Made by a program: the position numbers and the translations under genes
Part shown: positions 30,803-40,967 of the stretch, one piece after another
How positions within the stretch are numbered: the stretch's first letter is position 1
How the letters are laid out: every line of letters starts with the position of its first letter
NCBI GenBank assembly: GCA_963977445.1
Contig: CAXBPH010000021.1
Location: forward strand, 1-42,092
Source of the DNA: an uncultured bacterium
GTDB taxonomy: Bacteria; Hydrogenedentota; Hydrogenedentia; Hydrogenedentales; JAEUWI01
DNA length: 42,092 bases
Reading direction: 5' to 3'
The notes under the pieces: generated by a model
Seen by the model: the letters and a program-made list of their open reading frames with translations, nothing else
Databases searched by the model: none
Told to the model about the DNA's origin: nothing

Positions 30803-33800
30803 TTAGAAGTCGGCGCCGTGCTCCAGGAAATAAACCAGGTTGACCAAATCACGGAGGTTCATGGTATTCAACAAGCCCTCCGGCATGATCGACTGGGTCG
30901 CCAGGGTCTGCTTCGTGATGCTTGAACGGGGAATCTCCATCCGATCGCCCTGGACGGTGATGATGGTAAGAGACTCGTCGTTTTCGCCGACCACCATGCC
31001 GGTGACGTTGCTGAAATCGTCGAGCTCAAGTTCCACACCCACATACTGGTCGGAGACCACTTTGGAGGGGTACATGATGGCTTCCAGGATGTCACGACGA
31101 CGGAAACGGCTGGTCACCGTAGAGAGGTCGGGACCACCGCCCTTGCCCTTGGTGCCGAAGACGTGACAGTTGGCGCATCGGGCACGAAGGAAGACTTTTT
31201 CGCCATCCTCGAGCTTCTGCTCCTTGTAGGCCATGGGGTCGTATTCCAGGTAGTCGGCCAATTCCTCAAAGCTCATTTGAGCCAGGTCCGAATTGACTTC
31301 ACCTGCTTCTCCCTCCATTTCGGCCAGCAGTGCGGCCGCATTCTCTGCCCGCGTCTTGAGGGCTTCGGCTTTTCGCTCCTGGGCCACCACCCGCTCCGTT
31401 TCCGGCAGGCGAGTCATGAGGGTATCCCACATGTTGTTGATAAAGCCTTCCATGCTTGCCGCGCCGGCCATTTCCCGACCCCGGTCAAACCAGGCCACGG
31501 CTTGTGCACGAGAGGCCTCGCTCCAACCGTTGGAAATGGTACGCAGGGCGTACATGGTGTGGATCTGTTCTTCCTGTGATTTTTCCGGCGTCAACAGGGC
31601 CAGCAGGGCCTCCACCGCACCGGGCGGTTGGAGATAGGCTACGACATCCTGCAATTCCCGGTTTATGCGCCAGTCTTCTGCGGGCAGTCGGGTAATCATC
31701 CGACCACCCAGTGCCGCCTTAAACTGGGTCAGACGATCGCCTCCCGTCACATCACGAATGAACGCCATCTGGGCAACGCGAAGAAAATCGAGGAGCACGT
31801 CCCCTTCCATAGGCTGACGGCTGAGCTCATCGAGTTTGGTGAAGATGGCATCGGCGTGGGTGGCCGCCCGCTGGGTTTCGATGAGGGCCAACGTCCCCTC
31901 AAGGACGCCGTGAGGACGCCGATCGAATTCATCCCCGAGCACATGGTCGGCCCAGAGATCGCGGTGAACTCGCATGAGGGCGTGTCGTGCCGCATAGCGC
32001 ACCAGGCGATCACTGTGATCGAGTAGCAGGTAAAGTCCCGAAATCAATCCCTCGTGGGTTTCCACGCGGGTGGATTCATTCAACCCCGAACGGACCAGCG
32101 CCTCGCAGGCACGTCGCACTACGGTCGGGTCTTTGTCATAGAGGGCATTGATAAGGGGTTCACGAAAGTCTTCAAAGGTGCCACAACCCATGAGGTAGAC
32201 GGCGGTGCCGCGAACCAGGGGATCGGAATCCCGGACGAGTGTGGTGAGCAAGGGGCCGTCTGGCTTGGGGCCATAGACCTGCATGGCTTCGAGTCCACGG
32301 ATACGCTGGAGGCCCGGTAAAGCAGGGTCGGCGATGGCCGCCCGCAGGCCACTTTCCCAACCCGCACCGAGACTCGCTTTGGCGTCGCCAATCGCCTGAC
32401 GTCCCCACGCCGATCGGGGCATGGGCTGGGTCAGGACCGCTGCGATGGACGCGGGCGGTGCCGGTGTTGCCGTGGCGTCTCCGTAGCTGACGCGATAGAG
32501 CCCACCGTGGGTTCCCCGTCCGCCGAGGGTGAAATAGAGGGCACCATCGGGCCCTACATCCATATCCGTCACATTAAGGGGTTCACCCACGAGAAAGTCC
32601 ACGATTTTACCCGCGTAGCTCGCGCCCGCACGTTCAGGAAAAATAACCCGAATACGCCCGCGGGACCAGTCCCCCATGAAGAAGGCACCCTTGTATTGCG
32701 CGGGAAAGGCGTCGTGCTCGTAGAAGCAGACACCGACGGGAGAGCCCCGTCCTGCGTCATCGATGCCCGGCGCGGTATTGAGATAGTACTCGGGCATCTT
32801 GGACGAGCCCGTGCGCCAGCCATAGTCGCCCCCAGGGATAGCGTGAATTACCCGAATCGGGCGGTACCACGGCAGGCCAAAGTCCCATTCCATATCGGAA
32901 TCAAAGGTAAAAAGCTCGCCGGTGGCATCCATGCTCATGTCGTAGGCATTCCGGAAGCCGCCCACCACCTGGTGCCAGTCGCTGAAATCCGTGTCTACGC
33001 GCAGAATGGTCCCACCGGGGGCCATGATGTTGTTGGCGTGACCCCGGGGATCAACATAGCGATCTAAAAAAAAATCCTCTCGGAGATCGCGGCTCGGGGA
33101 GAGGGGATTTACATCGACCATGGGGTGGGCATGATTGCCGTACTGCACGTAGACATATCCGTCGGGTCCGCGCTGAATGGCGTGGGGACCATGCTCTCCC
33201 ATGCCGCCATCGGACTTCATGATCAGCTTAACCTGATCCGCTTCATCGTCGCCATTCTCGTCGGTCAGCCGATAGAGGCCCGGACCTTCCGCACCGTTGC
33301 CCTGGACGAGCAGATCGCCCGGTGCGAGGAAGTGGAGCCCCATGATGCGCGTTACCTGCTCTGAGAAGCTCTTCTGGGCGTCATAGACCCCATCGCCATC
33401 TTCATCGAGCAGGATACGAACCCCGTCATCCTGGGCCCCCATGACAGGGCGGCCCAGGTGATCGAAGGTCATATTAATTACAGAACCAATCAATGCGTCG
33501 CTTGCGACTTCCTCAACGGAGAACCCGTCGGGAAGCCGAAACTGCTCCCCCAGGAAAGCCATTTTTGCCTCCCTGGCTTCGAAGTCGGGCATTAATTCTC
33601 CGTCTTTAATTGCCGTTTTTTTTTTACCAATCTCTTTGATGACGAGATCTTTGAAACGGGCTTCCATTTCGGGGCCTGCGTGAAGCTGGAGGGCGATGAT
33701 GCCGGACTTGGCACCTTCAGGGTCCACGAAATCCAGGGTCGTGTAGCCGTTGAGAACGATCTTCACATGATCGCCTTCGCAGGTAATTTCGTAGTCATTC

Positions 33801-34282
33801 CAGTCGTCGAGCTTCGCCGCCGAAAACACCGCCGCACGTTCGTCGTCGGTATATTCTTTCCAATAAGGAAGTATGCCGCGTTTTTGCTCTTCGTAGAGCA
33901 TACCGAAATAGGTCGCCTCGGCCACGTCGGCCTGGTAACCCGCGACGGCGAAGTCTTCAAGCTGCTCGCTGCGGAACTGGATGCCGCTGTTGTGGTTGAT
34001 CAGCTTTACCTTCACCCGAAGCACAAAGTCGCTGTAAGATTTTTCGGTGGAAAGAAAGGTGTTGTGCTCGAGTTTGACCCCTTTGGTCGAACCGACGATT
34101 TCACCGTTCTCCACACTCCAGCGGCCTGGCGCTCCGGTCCAACCACTAAGGTCAGTACCATTGAACAGGGGCGTAAACTCTTCGTCAGCGCGTACACTGG
34201 ATGACACGAAGGTCATTCCTGTCACGATGGCCGCCGCCGCGCACAGCAGCCATCCTGTCGTCATTTTGTTTCCAGGTTTCAT
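30803..34282 (-). CDS. DUF1080 (3-keto-disaccharide hydrolase-like) + PVC-type membrane-bound dehydrogenase propeller + HEAT repeats + cytochrome c domain
   Basis: Signal peptide, LFNGTDLSGW/NSGIQFR/IALQLH, GEHGPH, GFRNAYD, DSDMEWD, CANCH heme motif, GPDL and S.MPEGL. GGAGG SD. Confidence 0.9.
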   Translation of the reverse strand: MKPGNKMTTGWLLCAAAAIVTGMTFVSSSVRADEEFTPLFNGTDLSGWTGAPGRWSVENGEIVGSTKGVKLEHNTFLSTEKSYSDFVLRVKVKLINHNSGIQFRSEQLEDFAVAGYQADVAEATYFGMLYEEQKRGILPYWKEYTDDERAAVFSAAKLDDWNDYEITCEGDHVKIVLNGYTTLDFVDPEGAKSGIIALQLHAGPEMEARFKDLVIKEIGKKKTAIKDGELMPDFEAREAKMAFLGEQFRLPDGFSVEEVASDALIGSVINMTFDHLGRPVMGAQDDGVRILLDEDGDGVYDAQKSFSEQVTRIMGLHFLAPGDLLVQGNGAEGPGLYRLTDENGDDEADQVKLIMKSDGGMGEHGPHAIQRGPDGYVYVQYGNHAHPMVDVNPLSPSRDLREDFFLDRYVDPRGHANNIMAPGGTILRVDTDFSDWHQVVGGFRNAYDMSMDATGELFTFDSDMEWDFGLPWYRPIRVIHAIPGGDYGWRTGSSKMPEYYLNTAPGIDDAGRGSPVGVCFYEHDAFPAQYKGAFFMGDWSRGRIRVIFPERAGASYAGKIVDFLVGEPLNVTDMDVGPDGALYFTLGGRGTHGGLYRVSYGDATATPAPPASIAAVLTQPMPRSAWGRQAIGDAKASLGAGWESGLRAAIADPALPGLQRIRGLEAMQVYGPKPDGPLLTTLVRDSDPLVRGTAVYLMGCGTFEDFREPLINALYDKDPTVVRRACEALVRSGLNESTRVETHEGLISGLYLLLDHSDRLVRYAARHALMRVHRDLWADHVLGDEFDRRPHGVLEGTLALIETQRAATHADAIFTKLDELSRQPMEGDVLLDFLRVAQMAFIRDVTGGDRLTQFKAALGGRMITRLPAEDWRINRELQDVVAYLQPPGAVEALLALLTPEKSQEEQIHTMYALRTISNGWSEASRAQAVAWFDRGREMAGAASMEGFINNMWDTLMTRLPETERVVAQERKAEALKTRAENAAALLAEMEGEAGEVNSDLAQMSFEELADYLEYDPMAYKEQKLEDGEKVFLRARCANCHVFGTKGKGGGPDLSTVTSRFRRRDILEAIMYPSKVVSDQYVGVELELDDFSNVTGMVVGENDESLTIITVQGDRMEIPRSSITKQTLATQSIMPEGLLNTMNLRDLVNLVYFLEHGADF

Positions 34283-34450
34283 GCGTTCCTCCAGAAGTTG
34301 AATGGGTTTCGGGGCTGCGTCCGGATGGACACCGTCCCAATCAGGTGATGTGCGTTGGGGGGTGGTCGTGGGCCAACCCGATGGGGTGGCTCAAAGACTT
34401 CTGGAAGGGTAAAACATTGCGACAGCCCCTGTCCAGCGCAACACGGACAC

Positions 34451-34479
34451 AAAAAAAGGGTCCCCGCTAAGGAGGACCC
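34451..34479 (-). terminator. Rho-independent terminator
   Basis: GGGTCC...GGACCC stem plus T7 on the minus strand after the PEP-CTERM gene. Confidence 0.75.
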
Positions 34480-34503
34480 AAATTGAACAATTTCTTGAGG
34501 CTG

Positions 34504-35139
34504 TTACTGATTGATTTTGTGACGTGCGGCCAGGCCAAGGAGGCCCATTCCCAACAGTGCCATCGTAGCAGGCTCAGGGACTGGAGTGGAGGGCCCGCCA
34601 CCGGTTTCCACTTCCGTCAGCAGTGCGAATTCGACGACGCGGGACTCGTTGACATAGAAATCTTCAAAGTTTAACGTCAACGTATGTCCTGTGCTCGGGA
34701 TTGTAGGATTGATCAGGCCCGGAGCTGGATCTATAAGCGGCTCATAGTTGACGTCATCCGTGTAGGTATCCGTCTCGTAAGCAACTCCCGTCAAAACGAG
34801 TGAAGGCCCGAAATCCAAATCATCAAATGTGACGGAAAAGTTTAGTGTATCGATGTAGCCGCTTCCTGCAAATTTGGGTCCGAAACGCATCTCGAGATAA
34901 TCGTTCCCACCAAAATCATAGAAGTAAAATTCAACGATGAATTCAAGGTTAAGGTCACCAGTGACATCACCGGAAAAGTGTGGGTATCCTGACGACGTCA
35001 GGACGTCATTGTCTTCGAACCCTGAAATCCCGATGCCATTAGTACCATCGATGCCGGTAAAGTCACCAGAAAGCGTCGCCTGTGCAGTAAAGGGCAGCAA
35101 AATTGCCACAGCCATGCACATATACAATAGTTTTTTCAC
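34504..35139 (-). CDS. PEP-CTERM sorting-domain surface protein
   Basis: Signal peptide ending AQA and C-terminal VPEPATMALLGMGLLGLAARHK. GTG 35139 follows GAGG (alternative ATG at 35157). Confidence 0.92.
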   Translation of the reverse strand: MKKLLYMCMAVAILLPFTAQATLSGDFTGIDGTNGIGISGFEDNDVLTSSGYPHFSGDVTGDLNLEFIVEFYFYDFGGNDYLEMRFGPKFAGSGYIDTLNFSVTFDDLDFGPSLVLTGVAYETDTYTDDVNYEPLIDPAPGLINPTIPSTGHTLTLNFEDFYVNESRVVEFALLTEVETGGGPSTPVPEPATMALLGMGLLGLAARHKINQ

Positions 35140-35223
35140 GTACTTATCCTCACCCATAAGTTGGAGGGATCAAGTGACTTCGCACACTTTACGCCCAAGT
35201 TTTCCGCAACCACCAAGACTCTA

Positions 35224-35252
35224 ATTGTAGCGTAAATACACGTATTAGTCAA
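35224..35252 (-). promoter_or_regulatory. Sigma-70-type promoter of the PEP-CTERM gene
   Basis: TTGACT-17 bp-TACAAT on the minus strand. Confidence 0.7.
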
Positions 35253-35393
35253 TAATTACGCGCAATTTTCCGCACTTGACCCAGCTTGCCGCTGAAGTGT
35301 ACAACGATTGGAATCGGTGTGCGTCCACGTTGGCGTGACCGATTTTACGATTAAAATTCGGTCGAAGCCTTCACTCAACCAGGACGATATACC

Positions 35394-37688
35394 ATGAAAA
35401 TCAACTTGCGAAGGGTTGGAGTCGTCGGCATTACCACGCTACTCTTCATCGCTCCCAAAGGCGTGTGTGAAAACAGGTTAGACTCCCTCCCCTCCCTGGA
35501 AATGACGGGGGACCTGGCGGAACAGATGGTGGACGGTATTCACCACGACTTGGACCGGCGAATCGCCCAAACGCGCGATGACCGGGCGGCGCGCTGGGAA
35601 GCAGAGAGTGAAAATGGCGCGTACCTGACCGAAAAGCGGTCCAAATTGGCCACCCTCATCGGCGCGACAGATGCCCGCCTCCCGGTGAGCATGGAAACCG
35701 TAGGTGCACCCGGCGACACAGGTCCCGTGTCCGTGACAGCGTATGCAACGGTCTACCCCGTGCGGTGGCCCATTTTTGACGGCGTATTCGGTGAGGGCTA
35801 TCTCGTAGAGCCTGCTACACCGGCCACGGCGTCGTTGGTCGTCCTTCCCGATGCCGACGAAGAACCCGAAGCGCTCCTCGGTCTGGCCGGCCCCTTCAGT
35901 CCCCGTGCGGACACCCTTCATCGACTCGCCCGGAGCGGCGTACGTATCCTGGTCATGTCACTGGTCGACCGAAGGGATACGTGGTCGGGCCATCCCGAGG
36001 TGCGGATGACGAACCAGCCTCACCGGGAATTCATCTATCGCGGTGCCTATGAAATGGGACGGCATATCATCGGCTATGAAGTGGAAACGGCCCAGGCCGC
36101 CATCGACTGGCTCAGTCAGAAAGGACCTGCCCTGCCCCTGGGGCTTATGGGATATGGTGAGGGCGGCCTGATTGCCTTGACCACCGCAGCCCTGGATGAA
36201 CGCATCGCGACGACGGTGGTTTCGGGCTATTTCGGTGCCCGGGAAGGCCTTTGGGAAGAACCTATTTACCGCAATGTATGGTCGCTCCTGACCGACTTCG
36301 GCGATGGGGAACTGGCGGCGATGATTGCTCCCCGTCGTCTTATCGTTGAATTTGCACCCCCGCCGGAGGTCACCGGCCCCCCCATGACCGAGGGCCGTCC
36401 CCATGGTGCTGCGCCGGGCGTCGTCCCCCACCCCACAGTTGACGGGATCAAGAGCGAAATGATGCGCGCTGCCGCCTACACTAAAAACCTGGACCCCACT
36501 TCGTGGCTCTCCCTCACCAATATGGCAGGGGCCCAGCCGGGCCAGGAAGACACCTTGGCAAAACTCTGCAGCCACCTGGGACTGCCGACGCCGGCTGACA
36601 ACATGGTTGCGCCCAGACTGCGACGGCCCGCACCAGACGGAGACGCCCGGATGGAACGTCAGGTCAAGGGTTGGCTGGCCTATACCAAGCACATCATGGA
36701 AGAGGGCCAATTCGTGCGAAAGGCCTTGTGGGAAAAAGCCGACGGAACTTCGGTAGCGACCTGGGTCGACTCGACGAAGTGGTATCGCAATTACTTCCAC
36801 GAAGAGATCATTGGCAAGTTGCCCGAGCCGACCAGGGCCTTCAATCCCCGTATTCGGCAGGTCTACAATACGGACGCCTACATCGGCTATGAAGTCGTCC
36901 TCGATGTCTATGCCGACGTATTCGCCTATGGAATCCTGCTGGTACCGAAAAACATTCCCGACGGCGAACGACGGCCCGTGGTGGTGTGCCAACATGGCCT
37001 CGAAGGACGCCCCCAGGACGTGGCCGACCCCAATGTGACCCACAAGGCCTATGAACAATATGGGTGCCGATTGGCGGAGCAGGGCTTCGTGGTGTATGCC
37101 CCCCAAAACCCTTACATCGGCGAAGACCACTTCCGGACGCTTCAACGAAAAGCCAACCCCCTCGGCCTTTCCCTTTTCTCTTATATCATCGCCCAGCACG
37201 ACCAAACCCTGAAGTGGCTGGGCAGCCTGGACTTCGTCGACCCGGAACGCATCGCCTTCTATGGCCTGAGCTATGGCGGCAAGACCGCCATGCGCGTACC
37301 CGCCGTTCTCGAAGGGTATTGCCTCTCGATTTGCTCGGGAGATTACGACGAGTGGATCTGGAAAAACGTGACGACCCGTCAGATTTACAGCTATATGTTT
37401 CACGGCGAGTATGAGATGTTTGAATGGAACCTGGGCAACACCTTCAACTACGCCGAAATGAGCTGGCTGATATGTCCCCGACCCTTTATGGTGGAACGGG
37501 GTCATGGCGACGGGGTGGCACCGGACGAGTGGGTGGGCTATGAGTTTGCCCGCACACAAAATCGCTTTGATCTCCTGGGTATCGGGGAGAATACGACCAT
37601 CGAATACTTTGACGGCCCCCACAAGATCAATGGGGTCGGTACCTTCGAATTCCTCCATGACAAACTGAATTTTCCGCCGAAGCCCTGA
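35394..37688 (+). CDS. Secreted tandem alpha/beta hydrolase (dienelactone hydrolase/acetyl-esterase-like)
   Basis: Signal peptide and two hydrolase folds: GYGEGG in the first, GLSYGG with Asp/His candidates (GDGV, GPH) in the second. Confidence 0.82.
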   Translation: MKINLRRVGVVGITTLLFIAPKGVCENRLDSLPSLEMTGDLAEQMVDGIHHDLDRRIAQTRDDRAARWEAESENGAYLTEKRSKLATLIGATDARLPVSMETVGAPGDTGPVSVTAYATVYPVRWPIFDGVFGEGYLVEPATPATASLVVLPDADEEPEALLGLAGPFSPRADTLHRLARSGVRILVMSLVDRRDTWSGHPEVRMTNQPHREFIYRGAYEMGRHIIGYEVETAQAAIDWLSQKGPALPLGLMGYGEGGLIALTTAALDERIATTVVSGYFGAREGLWEEPIYRNVWSLLTDFGDGELAAMIAPRRLIVEFAPPPEVTGPPMTEGRPHGAAPGVVPHPTVDGIKSEMMRAAAYTKNLDPTSWLSLTNMAGAQPGQEDTLAKLCSHLGLPTPADNMVAPRLRRPAPDGDARMERQVKGWLAYTKHIMEEGQFVRKALWEKADGTSVATWVDSTKWYRNYFHEEIIGKLPEPTRAFNPRIRQVYNTDAYIGYEVVLDVYADVFAYGILLVPKNIPDGERRPVVVCQHGLEGRPQDVADPNVTHKAYEQYGCRLAEQGFVVYAPQNPYIGEDHFRTLQRKANPLGLSLFSYIIAQHDQTLKWLGSLDFVDPERIAFYGLSYGGKTAMRVPAVLEGYCLSICSGDYDEWIWKNVTTRQIYSYMFHGEYEMFEWNLGNTFNYAEMSWLICPRPFMVERGHGDGVAPDEWVGYEFARTQNRFDLLGIGENTTIEYFDGPHKINGVGTFEFLHDKLNFPPKP

Positions 37689-37689
37689 T

Positions 37690-38799
37690 ATGACCCGACG
37701 CCATAAAATCCTGGTATTCACGCTGGTCATCACCCTCGGCATGGCCACCCCATGCCGCGGTGACGATCTGCGTCAACGCGACATGGCGCAGGCCCTTGAA
37801 TCCATTGAGCGGGAAGCCGACGCTGCAGGTGGATGGCAAGGCTGGCGCGACCAACTGAAACCCTATCATGCCTTGTGGGCGAGCCATCTGGAATCTGCCC
37901 CGGAGGCGGGTAAGGGATTGATCGCCGGTGCCGATGGATTCTTTTTTCTGCGTAATTGGGAATCCTATGTGCTGGAAGCCGACTTTATTTCTGGTGGCGC
38001 TGCCGACGGAGAGAGCAGCGCCTTAAGCACCCTCATTGATCTCAATCGGCAATTGTTGGAACGGGGCATCCATTTTATGGTCGTGCCCGTGCCATCGCGC
38101 AGCGAGATCTATCCGGAGAACGTTCTCGCTCCCCCGCCAAGCACAACATCGGTTGCCCCACAGCGTAAGGCGTTTATTGCGGCCCTTCTGCGGAACAATG
38201 TGGAAGCCATTGATCTCCTCCCGCCGCTGGTTGCCGCGAAGGCGCACGGCCCCGTTAGCCTGCCCAATGACACCCATTGGACCTCTCACGGGGCGACCGT
38301 AGCGGCCGCAGCCATCGCCCAACGACTTGAACGTTACGACTGGGCGACGCTGTATGGTCGTCCACCGGAAGCGATGAAAACGGCAACGGTGGACTATAAC
38401 CGTTCCTGGTCTCTGGTCGAACGCATGACACCAGAAAACCAGGCCGTCCATCCGCCGGGTCCGGTGGAAGTCTCCCAGGTGCGGCGGAGCAACGACGCGC
38501 CCTATACCGCTGACCCGAGTGCTCCCCTGGTCATTGTTGGGGACAGCTTCCTCTTTTTCTATGGGAACATTCAGGCGGATGTCGCGGCCCATGTTGGCGC
38601 TAAAATTGGGTTTCCCGTTGCTACCAAACCCATGGGCGGCGGTCAATCGGCTCGGGTCGCCCGCACTTTTGCGCGTATGACACCCGCCGAGCTCGACCAA
38701 TACAAGGTGGTGGTATTCATCTTCCTGGGCCCTTATCTTCGTTACGAAAACTGGAAGACCGCCCCCCTGCCAGCGTCTGCAGGTGGCGTTACCCCCTGA
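37690..38799 (+). CDS. AlgX/AlgJ-family SGNH-like O-acetyltransferase/hydrolase
   Basis: GADGFFFL, VPVPSRSEIYPE, DTHW (DxH) and VGDSF in the permuted AlgX order. Confidence 0.8.
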   Translation: MTRRHKILVFTLVITLGMATPCRGDDLRQRDMAQALESIEREADAAGGWQGWRDQLKPYHALWASHLESAPEAGKGLIAGADGFFFLRNWESYVLEADFISGGAADGESSALSTLIDLNRQLLERGIHFMVVPVPSRSEIYPENVLAPPPSTTSVAPQRKAFIAALLRNNVEAIDLLPPLVAAKAHGPVSLPNDTHWTSHGATVAAAAIAQRLERYDWATLYGRPPEAMKTATVDYNRSWSLVERMTPENQAVHPPGPVEVSQVRRSNDAPYTADPSAPLVIVGDSFLFFYGNIQADVAAHVGAKIGFPVATKPMGGGQSARVARTFARMTPAELDQYKVVVFIFLGPYLRYENWKTAPLPASAGGVTP

Positions 38800-38861
38800 G
38801 ACCTTAATGAGACGCGCCAAATGGAGCGGTCCAAAAATCGCGACTCTCCCGGTGTCTCTGA

Positions 38862-39151
38862 CGTGCCACCCGATCGTGCCCGCAAACAATCGAGACGGGC
38901 TGAGGATTCGATGGTGCCCTTGATTCGGAGGTCGGAAATTGGGTTTGCACCGGTAGCACGTTCGGGTGCCCTGACCCTGAAGGATGGATGACTTGGGAGC
39001 ACACCACCGTAGCCCCGTCACCTCCTCCACCCCTCATCACGTCCTGGAGAACAAGGCTACGGTGTGGCCCCCCTGAAACCACCAGGACGATCTCGCTCAA
39101 GGCACCCGAACCGGAAATACCGGATCGGGTGGCACGGTGGGGTGCTGATTT
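38862..39151 (+). repeat. Nested-stem dispersed element, copy 2
   Basis: GTGCCACCCGATC 38863-38875 pairs with 39123-39135. Inner stems at 38960-38974/39097-39111 and 39005-39014/39055-39064. Confidence 0.88.
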
Positions 39152-39269
39152 CAGCGTGAGACAGGCAAATGAACCTATCAACACGCCACCATCAGTTGCG
39201 ATAGCCCCATACCGTGGGCCACAATGCTCCTTCGTTGCATTCACGCTGTTCAAGGAAAAGGGGAACTAG

Positions 39270-40202
39270 ATGCAAGGCGTTATTCTTGCCGCAGGTCGCG
39301 GTGCCCGCATGGGTCCCCTTTCGGATTACTTCCCCAAGGCCCTCCTGCCTGTGGGCAATGCGCCGCTCATTCTGCTACACCTGGAAACCCTCCGCCAATT
39401 GCGCGTAACTGAGGTTTTTATCGTCATCGGCCACCTGGGTGACCAGATACGCGCTGTCGTGGACGCAGGCCGTCCGCCGGGTATGACCGTCCATTACGTT
39501 GAGCAGCAGGAACGTCAGGGCCTTGCCCATGCCGTGGGTATGCTGGAACACCGCATCAATGGTCCCTTCGTCCTCCTCCTGGGAGATATCTACTTCGAGT
39601 TTATTCGCCTGCTGTCGATTTTAAATCGCCTCGATGGGCGCGTCGACGCGAGAGGAGAGGGTGCCATCCTCGCGACGAAGAAAGAGAGCGACCCGGCCCG
39701 GGTTCGCCAGAATTTCAGCGTGGAACTAGACCGCGCGGGGCGGGTATGCCGGGTTGTCGAGAAGCCCACCGAAGGCACCGTGCTCCTGAAGGGGTGCGGG
39801 CTCTATCTTTTCATGCCCGTCATCTTTGATGCTATTCATCGAACGCCCCGCTCCGCCCTGCGCAATGAATATGAACTCACCGACGCCATCCAAGTCCTTA
39901 TTGACAATGGTGCCCCGGTCTATGACGCGGGGGTCGTGGATTGGGACGTCAATATTACGACGCCGGAAGACCTCGTCGCCTGCAACCGTCACGCATTGCG
40001 GAAGGAAAGACTGGAATACCTGGTTGGCCGGGGTTGTAACGTTGCACCCGGCACCACACTAGATGAGACGGTCCTGGGCGATGACGTTCGTATCGTGCGG
40101 CCCTGTCGACTCGAAGCGTGCGTGGTGTTACCGGGTACCGTCATTGACACGACGGAAACGTTGCGTGGCCAGGTGCTCTATCCCGGCGGCGTGTCCACCT
40201 GA
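39270..40202 (+). CDS. Sugar-phosphate nucleotidyltransferase (NTP_transferase, RmlA-long-form-like)
   Basis: ILAAGRGARM.P..PK.LLP, GLAHAV, LGD, VEKP and RNEYELTDAI, plus a short beta-helix-like tail. Confidence 0.88.
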   Translation: MQGVILAAGRGARMGPLSDYFPKALLPVGNAPLILLHLETLRQLRVTEVFIVIGHLGDQIRAVVDAGRPPGMTVHYVEQQERQGLAHAVGMLEHRINGPFVLLLGDIYFEFIRLLSILNRLDGRVDARGEGAILATKKESDPARVRQNFSVELDRAGRVCRVVEKPTEGTVLLKGCGLYLFMPVIFDAIHRTPRSALRNEYELTDAIQVLIDNGAPVYDAGVVDWDVNITTPEDLVACNRHALRKERLEYLVGRGCNVAPGTTLDETVLGDDVRIVRPCRLEACVVLPGTVIDTTETLRGQVLYPGGVST

Positions 40203-40204
40203 GG

Positions 40205-40606
40205 CTATGCCTTAAGTTTTTTCCGCGTCACGCGACGGGTTGACCTGCGACAGGATTTGAGATGGGCGGGGGGATCGACCCGCGCCGCTTCCCGAAGTCG
40301 TTGAATGCCCCGGTGGACACTGCGGCATGCCGACGACGGCGCGCACCCCATTTTCTTCCCGATTTCCACATAGGTCATGTCCTTGAAATAATAGAGGGCA
40401 ATACTTGTGCGTTGTTTTTCCGTCAGACGGCGTCGCATCTGTTTTCGGACCCATTTCAGCAGCCGCTCCTTCTCCTCGCCCCAGGCGAGCCCCTCATTTA
40501 CTGTCTCCTCATCTTCGCTCCAGGGGTTGTCCCCATTACCGAAGCTTTCCATAATCCCCGGGGTGCAACTCATCTTGAACCGATCTGCGTAGTTACGTTT
40601 TTCCAT
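40205..40606 (-). CDS. Stand-alone sigma-70 region-4 HTH protein
   Basis: LTEKQRTSIALYYFKDMTYVEIGKKMG...RGIQRLR. SD AAGGAG before the ATG. Confidence 0.8.
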   Translation of the reverse strand: MEKRNYADRFKMSCTPGIMESFGNGDNPWSEDEETVNEGLAWGEEKERLLKWVRKQMRRRLTEKQRTSIALYYFKDMTYVEIGKKMGCAPSSACRSVHRGIQRLREAARVDPPAHLKSCRRSTRRVTRKKLKA

Positions 40607-40967
40607 GTCTACCGCTCCTTTTTACGGCACCCGCCCTTGGGCGCCCTTGCGCCAAGTAACGTGGTTAACGCTAGCAGTGGAAGGTCCGAAAAGTACTTTG
40701 GCGGAGCGGTGTTTTTCCTTGTTTTTTTCTTTGTTGGGCGGAACAAGGCACTGTTGTAAACTTAATCACAAGATTGAACGTCGCCTGACACGGAGGAATA
40801 AATGATTCGGTGCTACGCCTATTCCAGCCCCCAGTCTCACCGTGCCAGAACCAGCGAAAATGAGCCGCAAGGAAAGGCCGCTCCCAAAAAATCGGGTACC
40901 GTACTGTTGTTGCCCATCGCTCCGACGATTAATTGAATCAGGTCGAGCAGGAAGCTCGTCGGGTGCT

